A stretch of DNA of 64,000 nt from Hyaloraphidium curvatum SAG 235-1 (taxonomy: Eukaryota > Fungi > Monoblepharomycota), in NCBI GenBank assembly GCA_025558095.1, contig JAIVFI010000014.1:682001-746000 (forward strand). The letters are read 5' to 3'. Shown here one piece after another: positions 24,415 to 33,616 of the stretch. Each line of letters starts with the position of its first letter. Position 1 is the stretch's first letter. The translations under genes and the position numbers were made by a program. Below the pieces are notes generated by a model. The model was not told where the DNA came from. It was given only the letters and a program-made list of their open reading frames with translations, and ran no database searches.

Positions 24415-25119
24415 TCACTTGCAGCATCTGCTGCTCGCGGGTGTGCACCAGTTCCAGTAGCACCACCACGGTCTGGAGCCGCAGTTCTGCCAGGTGCACG
24501 AGCATTCGCAGAACTGGTTTTGGGAGGGGCAGAAGAACCACGTCGTGGCACCGACGGCGGAGTAGTACGTGTTGGCGACGTTCCGGCACTCGTTCTTCCG
24601 GCTGGAAGGAACGGTCCTGGAACTGCACACGGTCAGCATTCTCCTGTAGAAGGTCCAGTCGCAGTTGCCTTGGACAACACCGCACGTCTCTAATGGAAGG
24701 GCGGTTGATCAACAACTAAGATAGCAGACCGCGGCCGAAACACGCTCACGGTAGCAAACATCGTGTTGGTTACAGACGCTCTTGAAGTAGTAGTCGGGGG
24801 AGAAGCTGCACCCGTTGGTCGTGATCCGCCTCGAGGACTGCCGGCGGCGGCCCCCGCCGCAACCGCCGCACCCTTCGGCCGCACCATTCGGGCTGATCGA
24901 AGAGCCATTCTTGGCCGGCACAGGGCCGAAGGTGATGTTGCGGGCCCGATAGTAATCGCGGCTGTAGTTGAAGAACTCTTCGGGTGTTTTCAGGCGGGCA
25001 GGGAAGTCGATGGTCGGGAGCGCCGGCAGCTTCCATCCCGGCGGAGTTGGGGACGCTGATAGAGCGCTGCTCGGGATCAGCGCAAGCACGAGGCAGGCGA
25101 AGGCAACGGGGGTGCGCAT
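24415..25119 (-). CDS. Secreted Cys-rich phospholipase A2-like protein (copy B)
   Basis: Tandem paralog of 23318-24050 with the same TTNGCSFSPDYYFKxVCNQHDVCY segment and the same intron position. Confidence 0.8.
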
Positions 25120-25366
25120 TGTGTGTTCGATGCGGCGGAAGGATTTTGAGGATCGGAGGGCACGCAGGGTCTCCTTATACGCAAGAGGTCATAGATCTAG
25201 CGTGACTAATCCGTTTGAAATTCGCTTGACTCATCTGCCTCCGAAACGTCATTGTCGGCCTCGGGGATCTTGAGAAAGCCAATGTTGAGAGAACTCTAAT
25301 CTAGTTCATGCCGCTGCTACAGACACCGACCATCGCGAACTGTAGGGAAAGCCATCACACAACCGA

Positions 25367-26615
25367 CTATCCCGGAAAGAACCTCGTCAGGAACTGCCTG
25401 CCCGCCGCGACCCACCCGCCCAACCCGCTCCCGCCCTCCTCCGGCCGCCCGTACGAGCTCCCCGACGACGACGACGTCCCGACTGAGCTCCCAGACCCCG
25501 CCGACCCCGGGTCCTCGTCCTCCCTTCCGACCGGCACGATCTGCACCCCGTCGATCCACACGTGCGACTTCCAGTGCCCCGTGTGGCTCCACGCGCGCAC
25601 CTCGATCCCGGCGTAGCGCCGCGACCCCTCCCACGCTTCCGAATTCGACGGCACCCGCAGCGTGCCGACGTGCAGCGCGCGCCACACCGGCCCGCCGGGC
25701 TCCATCCGCATCCCGTACAGGCGCGAGCGCGGCGCGGGCGCCTTTAGCCGCGAGATGGTGGGCGGGTCCAGGACCACCGAGATCTCCTGCTCTGTGGCCG
25801 CGCCGGGGAGCTCGTCCCGCGGCTCGGAGGGGTCCACGGCGCGGGCGGTGAAGCGCAGGCCGTCCAGGGCGCCCGAGGGCGCGTTGAAGCCTAGGGCGAT
25901 CCGCCAGGTGACGCTGTACTCGCGGTTCGTGGGGATCGAGGGGACCGTGGCGCCGACGTCGAACCAGCACACGGCATTGAGGTAGGCGACTCGGTCGCTT
26001 CGGCTGTGGGGTTGAGGTGCGTCAGCTACCCAACGGCAGTCGTCCAGCGCCCCTTGACCCACCTGTCTTCGGCCTCCACCATCCTCCAGTAGTGCCCGTT
26101 CATGTGCGCAATATCCATGTTCTCGGCCGAGAAGAACGGGTCGGCTGCCGGCAAGAGCGGGTCAGAACAGGGTCGCACTGCCACGCCATCGCAGACCCAC
26201 AGAGGTCCCTGTAGACGCGCTTCCACACCGGTCCCTGCTCCTCCTCGCCCTCTTCTCCCTCCTCAGCACCATCGCCGGGCTCGTCCTCGTCGGGATAGTA
26301 CTCCGTCTTGTAACCTTCCGCCCGCTGCTGTAGGACCACCATTGGCTCCGGCCGCGCCCTTTGCCCGACGGGCCCACCTTGCCGAACCGGAGCACCGCCA
26401 GCCGATGCCACACATAGCTCTCGTCCACCAGCGGTTCCAGCGCGCCGCACGTCTTCGGGTTGGGCGGGGAGGGTCACTCTTGCGCGCGAGCGGAGTTGCG
26501 CTTCCGGCCTCACCAGCGACAGCCGGACGAGCTCGCGCGGCTCGAGCTCGACGGCGATGCGGTGGAGGAGCTCCGTCGGGAGCGTGGAGAGGGTGGGAGG
26601 CGGGGGGAGGTCCAT
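25367..26615 (-). CDS. F-box protein with phloem protein 2 (PP2)-like lectin domain
   Basis: N-terminal LSTLPTELLHRIAVEL F-box; VAYLNAVCWFDV, W..LHVG and WKSHVWIDGVQIVP are PP2-like; multi-exon. Confidence 0.75.
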
Positions 26616-27119
26616 CTTTGCCGGCGCGGGAGGCGGATCAGCAGCGGCGAGTCGGTGGATCGACGTGTTTTACAGACGACGTGGCGGAGTCCAGCGGCCG
26701 TGACGCAGGTTTCCGACACGGACAGCGGGTGATCAGCTAGTTTCCAGCCGAATTGTCCCCCTCCAGCTCGTCTTCATGATACCTTCATCCGCGGCTCTGC
26801 CTGGATTCAGCTTGAGCAGGTCAACTTCGAGCCGGCGCGGATCTCTGCGGCGACGCACGAACTCGCCTCTGGCCCCAAATGGATGCGGATCAGCCTGCTT
26901 GATCGGAAGTCACTTCCGCAGCACGGGTCGCACGCAAAGAGGGAATCGTCCGCCTCACATCCATGACAATTCGAGGACCTGTTGGGGACTTCGGATCCAG
27001 GCCTGGCCCAGGATCCTCGGGCCGAGGGTCTAGCGAGCTCAGAAGTCGGGGCCCACCCCGGCCCGAACGAAAACCCCCAGGAAACCTTCCATCATCCAAC
27101 GAGTCTGCCAGAAAACGCG

Positions 27120-27847
27120 ATGCGCACCGCCGTCATCCTCGTCCTTTTCGCGCTCGTGGCGTCCGCCGCCGCCTCGTGGGCCCCGATCTTGCCCTGCCTC
27201 TGCCTTCCGCGGCGCTAACTCCCGTCGCGTCGTCGGCGCCACCTTTCGCCGCAGGCCCGCCCCCGTCGCGCTGCACGCCGTGTTCAAGCGCACCTGCGCG
27301 GATTGCGACGTAACCACATTCTGGTATCCGAAAGGCGCTCCCCGCGTCCCCACCTCGGCAGCTGATCACCGCCCCCCCACGCGCAGCGAGTTCGGGTACC
27401 CCGGCGCTCCCGAGGACCACGTCGCCTGCGTCGGCGCGACCGCCGCCCGCGCCTCCCTCTACAAGCGCTACGCGGTCGAGTGCAACCAGGGCGAGACAAA
27501 CTGCGGTACCTACTGCGTGCTGGACCTCAACACCGAGTCCAACGACTGCGGCTCCTGCGGGAACCGTAAGCCGGCATCTGCGCTGCCTTGTAACGCCGCC
27601 GACCGATCCGCATCCCAGAGTGCACCAACGGCAAGCTCTGCGTCGGCGGGACCTGCAAATGCATTGAAGGGGAACAGCTCTGTAGCGGTTACTGCAAGGA
27701 CACCAGCAGCGACAGCAGCCATTGCGGGACATGCGGGCACGGTCGGTCTGCGCGGCCGGCAGGCGAGGTGTTCGGTCGCTGACGATCGCCGCCGCAGTTT
27801 GCGCGACCGGCTACTACTGCTCGAACGGAGGATGCGTCCAGGAATAG
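27120..27847 (+). CDS. Secreted Cys-rich protein with STIG1-like repeats
   Basis: Signal peptide MRTAVILVLFALVASAAA; C..DLNTESNDCGSCGN.C and CKDTSSDSSHCGTCGH.C repeats after splicing. Confidence 0.72.
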
Positions 27848-28030
27848 ATCCCATTGTCTGAGGACGGCCGCTTCCTTTGAGTGCGGAACGACCAAGTAAA
27901 GGGAGGAACACTTCAGTGTACGAGCTGCATGCGAGCACGTGCGTTGACGATGAGCTTCAGATCTTGCTCTCCCCGCCCGATACCCCGTAGACTCAGTTCC
28001 ACGCCGCCAGCTCCTCCGTTCCACAGGTCC

Positions 28031-28906
28031 CTACAGAGGCACTCCCCCCGCGGGCAGCGGTATGAACTCCGTCTCGCCAGGGACGGGATCGAACCGCCCC
28101 TGCGCCCAGTCGTCTGCGGCCTTGATGATCCGCTCGCGCCGGGACGAAACGAAGTTCCACCAAAGGAACCGGTGGCCCAGCGGGGCTCCGCCGACCAGTA
28201 CCGCGCGCGCGTCCCCGTCGACGGCAGACAGCGTGGGCGAGGAGCCGGGGGCGAGGACGAACATGGAGAAGGGGGGGATCTCCTTGCCGTCGATTGCTGC
28301 TTTCCCTTGCACGACGTAGACCGCGCGCTCCTCGGCTTGGGGGAGCGTGATACCTTGTCCGTCCGGCAGCGCCATGTCGAGGTAGATGATGGGCGAGCGA
28401 ACGGGCACCGGCGACGTTTCGCCGAACGCGCTGCCGAGAAGCACCCGCACCGTGGCACCGCCGACCTTGACTTCGGGCAACGCGCCCGCGGGGGCATGAT
28501 GGAACGACGGCGCCTCCTCCTCCGCCTCGTCCGGCAGCCCGACCCACAGCTGCAGACCGTGGCTGCGGCGGCCGTCGACGCCCTTCAAATCCTCGGGCGT
28601 GCGCTCCGAGTGCACCACGCCGCGCCCGGAGATCATCCAGTTGATTGCGCCCGGCTCGACGCGCTGCACGGCGCCGGTCGAGTCGCGGTGCATCATGGCG
28701 CCCTCATAGACGTAGGTCACCGTGGCGAGCCCGATGTGCGGGTGCGGCCGCACGTCGTGGTTGTCGCCGGGCGCGGCTTCGACGGGGCCGAAGTGATCGA
28801 AAAAGACGTACGGACCCACGGCCTTGCGCGATACGGATGGCAGCAGGCGGCGCACGGTGAAGCCGCCGCCGAGGTCCTTCAGCACAGGCGAGAGGAGCTC
28901 CGCCAT
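28031..28906 (-). CDS. Pirin family protein (intronless, bacterial-like)
   Basis: DLGGGFTVRRLLP, VGPYVFFDHFGP, HPHIGLATVTY, HRDSTG, GVVHSE, LQLWV, WWNFVSS. Confidence 0.95.
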   Translation of the reverse strand: MAELLSPVLKDLGGGFTVRRLLPSVSRKAVGPYVFFDHFGPVEAAPGDNHDVRPHPHIGLATVTYVYEGAMMHRDSTGAVQRVEPGAINWMISGRGVVHSERTPEDLKGVDGRRSHGLQLWVGLPDEAEEEAPSFHHAPAGALPEVKVGGATVRVLLGSAFGETSPVPVRSPIIYLDMALPDGQGITLPQAEERAVYVVQGKAAIDGKEIPPFSMFVLAPGSSPTLSAVDGDARAVLVGGAPLGHRFLWWNFVSSRRERIIKAADDWAQGRFDPVPGETEFIPLPAGGVPL

Positions 28907-29247
28907 CGGATCGCCGCGGATCTGCTTTGGCGGACTATTTTCGGCGCGTGCGGTCGACCCCACGATGCTGTGGGAGACGTTCTGTGCGATGGGAGTGGGT
29001 GGCGCACCGAGCAGGCGGCGCTCGCCAAAGTTTGGACCCGTTTGAAAGCCGGCCGCGGCTCTCCCATATCACCGACTCCTCCTTCTCCTTCAGCGCCAAT
29101 CTGATAGTGATTGCTTTCGATACATTGGGCGCCATCTCGGAGAGCTTCTCGCGCTGGATTGCCAGCTCGATCACGGCAACCGATGGTCGGCAGGGTGGAC
29201 AATCGTCACCCTTCACCTGGGCAGTCTTCCATAGTTTCGTTTGGCGA

Positions 29248-30480
29248 TCAGCCCGCGTACACCTTGACCACGTCGGGCCGAGCTAGATCCTCCATCACGC
29301 CGTCCATCACCCTCCCGCGGCCTTCCTTCCGGGGTGCTGTGGCGGCGGAGCAATCGTCCGGCTCCTCATCGACGACGTCCATCTCCCAGTACCTGTCCAC
29401 GTGGCCCCACTCCGCAAACGGCGGCGTCTCGGCGATGGGCGCTTCGGCCAGCTTGAGCACCTCCGGGTCCGAGCGCAGGTACGAAAACAGGGAATCGAAG
29501 GGCCGCTCGGCGCCCCGCGCACCGTTGACGACCTCTTTGTAGCGCTTGCTGAAGAACGTGTGGGAAAAGAGGTGGAACACGGGCTCGAGGACGGCGTTGG
29601 CGACCCGCTTCCTGCGCTGCGGGTCGGCGGCGGCGATATCCGGTGCGAAGCGGGCCGCGTAGCCTTCCAGCACGCCCATCCGCGACGGTTCCTCGGCGGG
29701 AGGGTCGTCGAAAAAGAGGCGGTCCACGCCGGCGAGGAAGATCGGGCTGCGCCAGAGCGCGCGGCCGACCATGACTCCCGACAGGCGCGGATTCCGGGCG
29801 AGGTGGGTCCGCGCGTCCTCCAGGGTGGAGATGCCGCCGTTGAGCTCAAAGTCAATGGATGGAAAGTCGTCGATCAGGCGGTCGACGACGGCGTAGTCCA
29901 GCGGGGGCACGGTGCGGTTCTGCCTCGCGCTGAGGCCGTCCAACCACCCCTTCCGGGCGTGAACGATGACTCTCCGCGCCCCAGCATCCACGACGCCCTG
30001 CACGAACTCGACCAGGTGCTCGTACGAGTCCCTGTCGTCCACGCCCGTGCGGCACTTGACCGTCACCGGCAGCCCCGTCACCTCGCACGCCGCCCTGACG
30101 ATCCCTGCCGCCTCGCCGGGCCGCTTCATCAGCGACAGGCCATGGGCGCCCGAGGTGGCCGATTTGGCGGGGCAGCCGCAGTTCAGGTTGATCTCGCCGA
30201 AGCCGTGGCGTGGGTCGCGGGCCGAGAACTCGTCCACGGTCCGGCAGGCCGCGCGCATGCGGTCCGCGGAGCTCGAGCCGATTTGGAGCACCACGGGGCC
30301 GTCGGCGCCGGCGTCCAGAAGCTCCGAGACGGTCCTTTCCTTGCCGAAGGCGAGCACGCCGTCGACGGTCATTTCGCTGTAGAGGGTGGCGTGCCGCGAG
30401 AGCTGCCGGGACAGGAACCGGTGCTCGCGCGTGGTCACGCCGACCATCGGCGCCACGGAGAAGCGCGGCGCGGCGGCCAT
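29248..30480 (-). CDS. dusA: tRNA-dihydrouridine synthase, DusA-type (intronless)
   Basis: FSVAPM, LYSEM, EINLNCGCP, PVTVKCRTGVDD, IVHARK..LDGLS..QNR.VPPL.Y, NGGI, GVMVGR. Confidence 0.9.
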   Translation of the reverse strand: MAAAPRFSVAPMVGVTTREHRFLSRQLSRHATLYSEMTVDGVLAFGKERTVSELLDAGADGPVVLQIGSSSADRMRAACRTVDEFSARDPRHGFGEINLNCGCPAKSATSGAHGLSLMKRPGEAAGIVRAACEVTGLPVTVKCRTGVDDRDSYEHLVEFVQGVVDAGARRVIVHARKGWLDGLSARQNRTVPPLDYAVVDRLIDDFPSIDFELNGGISTLEDARTHLARNPRLSGVMVGRALWRSPIFLAGVDRLFFDDPPAEEPSRMGVLEGYAARFAPDIAAADPQRRKRVANAVLEPVFHLFSHTFFSKRYKEVVNGARGAERPFDSLFSYLRSDPEVLKLAEAPIAETPPFAEWGHVDRYWEMDVVDEEPDDCSAATAPRKEGRGRVMDGVMEDLARPDVVKVYAG

Positions 30481-30741
30481 GCCGGGAGGCGCCGAAGCTG
30501 TTTGTTGTCGATTGTTTGACCCCGCCTGGACAAGGCGATGTGCCCATAGAAGCAAGACTATGCCGAACATCCACGGTCTGACAGCAACGAGAGCATCTAA
30601 TGTCTTGCTTTCGGGGCCGTATTGACTGCCAGGAGAGCGTACTTGGGCTTCGGGACAACACGTGACGGCCTTGTCGGCAGGCGGCCCGACCAATCCCGCC
30701 GAGCTCCGCAAACCACCCCTTCCCCCACAACGACCGCGGTC

Positions 30742-31874
30742 ATGGGTGATGGAGTGGACCAAATCAACGGCCTGGCGGTGCCCTCGCTGTTTGATGTCGC
30801 CGGCAAAGTCGTCGTCGGTGGGCCTACGGCGCCTGAAGCGATGTCGGCGACGTGCTGACCTGGTCTCCTTCGTTCCTACTCGTGGACCACCTTTCCTTCG
30901 CCAGTCACCGGGTAGGCGCAAAGACCACGTCCGTGTCGTTGGCTTAGTTGACCATTCCTTCACTCCCCCGTCGCCGATATCGTCTTTGTCGCGTCGGACC
31001 TCCCTGGCCTCTATCAGCGGCTCCCGCGGCATCGGCCTCATGATCGCCTCGGGCTTCGTCGCCAACGGCGCCGAGGTCTACATCACCGCCCGCTCCGCGG
31101 GCGACTGCGACGCCGCCGCGGCGCAGCTCAACAAGCTCGGGCCGGGCAAGTGCGCGTCGATCCCCGCGGACCTGAGCAAGGAGTCCGAGTGCAAGCGGTT
31201 CACGGAGGAGGTCAAGAAGAGGGCCGGGCGGTGCGATGTGCTCATTTGCAACGCGGGGGCGAACTGGGCGGCCAACTTGGACACCTTCCCCATGGACGCC
31301 TGGGACAAGGTGCTCGCGGCCTTCACCTCTTGCTCTTTCGCCTCACTGAACTGTCTTCCTCCATCCCAGGTCCAAAACCTCAACCTCCGCTCCGTCTTCC
31401 ACCTCACCCAGCTCTTCATCCCCCTCCTCCTCGTCCGCGGCACCCCGTCCTCCCCCTCCCGCGTGATCAACATCGGCTCCATCGACGGCCTGACCTCCCC
31501 CTCCCTCGAGACCTTTGCCTACTCCTCTTCCAAGGCCGCGCTGCACCACCTCACGCACCACCTCGCCGCGCACCTCGGGCCGAGGGGGATCACGATCAAC
31601 GCGGTCGCGCCGGGGCCGTTCCAGAGCAAGATGATGAAGGCGACGCTGGAGAGGATGGGGGACCAGATCGCAAAGAGGGCGCCGATGAAGAGGATCGGGA
31701 GGCCGGGGGACATGGCGGGCGTGTGCCTGTTCCTGGCCAGCGAGGCGGGGTCCTACGTGGTGGGCACCATCGGTAGCTGGTTGATTGCCGGGTTCGCTGA
31801 CCGCCGGCTTTGCTCCGCAGAACGGCGTCGTGCTGCCCGTCGACGGCGGCATCTGCATCTCCGCAAACCTCTAG
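30742..31874 (+). CDS. Short-chain dehydrogenase/reductase (RhlG-like), with a 7-nt microexon
   Basis: Spliced LFDVAGKVVVVTGGSRGIG, CNAG, NIGSIDG, YSSSKAA, NAVAPGPF, PVDGG; C-terminus ANL. Confidence 0.9.
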
Positions 31875-31977
31875 ACGACTAGATTCCAGAGCTGCTTTGC
31901 CTGATTGCCGTACATTACCAAGATTGGAATACAAGGCAGCGCAAAATCCCATCGTTCCTTTATCCTCCTCCTCGCCA

Positions 31978-32584
31978 TCAAGAGCCCAGGTCCTCAAATC
32001 CGCCTTGCAGCCGATGATTCCACGGAATCACACCATCAGGTGCCGCCGAGACGAGGTATCGAAACCGCCCGACGCGGTACATTCTCATCTCATTATCGCG
32101 GCGGAAGCGGAGCAGCATGTCCCACATCCCCGTCACGTTGTTCGGGTAATCGTACTCGTAGGGCGGCCAGAGGCCGTCGTCGCGCAGGCGGTCCAGCATC
32201 GCGGGAGCATCCCAGAAGGTGTCCTGGTCGGCGTCCAGCACCCTCTCTACGGCGCGGCAGATGTTGCGTGGGGACCGCTGCGACCGGGCGCGGTGGGCCT
32301 CCCGCTCGGCGGCCTCCTGCAGGCGCTGGCGCTCGGCTTCGGCCTCGCGTTCCGCGCCGCCGTTCCTCGGCCCTCTCCCTGCGGCGCCGCTCCTCGCGCT
32401 CGCGCTCGCGCTCCGCCTCTTCCTCGGCGTACTTGCCCCGCGCCCACTCCAGAGGCCCACGCAGGGATTCGAGCTGGGCGGTCAGAAGTGCAGTCAGAGG
32501 TGAATTGATTGGAGTGAGTGCCACGTCTGCTTCTTCATCCCAAACAATAGAAGAGCATCCGTTCAGTCTTCGTCCATGCAACAA
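31978..32584 (-). pseudogene. Frameshifted hypothetical gene (charged coiled coil plus small globular domain)
   Basis: E/R-rich helix in one frame continues as AEREAEAERQRLQE...WDAPAMLDRL in another frame near 32355, with no splice signals seen. Confidence 0.35.
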
Positions 32585-32762
32585 GCTCGATCGTTATCCT
32601 TTGATCGCCAGCTCGATGGGTGGGATTCCCCCGCCACCCCGGCCGAGGGCTGGTGGGGCTGGTGCACATCCCCTCGGACCGAAGACCAGACACTTATGGC
32701 CCTTTCTCCTCAACGATCCCTAAAAAAACATTCCGCCAAACCGCACACCGCACACGCACGTC

Positions 32763-33381
32763 ATGCCCGCTGCCCGCTCGTTCCTGCTCCTCGCGCTCGC
32801 TGCGTTGCTCCTCGTGAGCACGCCGACCTCGGCCATGTTGGAGGAGCGAGCAGGCGTGTGCTTGGCGGAGGCTGACTGCCACCGACCCCGCCAGGCCGAC
32901 CAAAGACAGTTCCCACGTCCTGTTTGCCAGGAGCTGCGCCGAGTGCGCCGAGAACTCCTTCTGGTACGAAAGCTCTCCTCCCTTCGGCCCCTGGCCGCCT
33001 TCCTGATCGCCCCGCACCTTCAGCGAATTCGGCTACCCTGATGCCCCGGCCTCCCACGTCGCCTGCGTCACCTACACCGTGTCGTCGCCCCACTCTCTGT
33101 ACCGCCGCTACGAATACACGGGTTCTTACGTCAACTGCATCACCTCCCGGACCTGCTGCGGCGCGGCCGGCTACGTCACCGGCGACGCCTTCTTGAACGC
33201 CGGAAACGCCGCGGAGTGCAAGGCCGCCTGCAACGCGGACCCCCAGTGCAAGGTGTACGACTTCTTCGAGGGTTCGTGCAGCGGCTACACCAAGTGCAAC
33301 ACCTATGACGGAGAGAACCTGCACACCGGGGCGGTGTTCCAAGCCCAGGACAGCTCATACTGCCCGACCAGCGCGTGCTAG
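32763..33381 (+). CDS. Secreted Cys-rich protein (PAN/apple-like C-terminus)
   Basis: Signal peptide MPAARSFLLLALAALLL; AAECKAACNADPQCKVYDF resembles a PAN/apple core; two introns. Confidence 0.68.
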
Positions 33382-33616
33382 GCCCGCGATGAATAAGGGA
33401 AATCCGGTGGGTGAGCTCGATAACAGCGCACCGACGTCGCTCACTCTGGTCAGGGTAGTGCTTCGAGTCGCAGCAGTTCCGCTATATTGAGATGTACATC
33501 CTAGAGCCCAAATCCACGCCGCCGTTTGTTAAAGTTTCGCCTTGCGGCTCGCGTTGAGGATCTTCCAGTCCGCTGCCCGTATCGCTTCCCAGGCAGAAGC
33601 CGGTACGCACCGTCCG

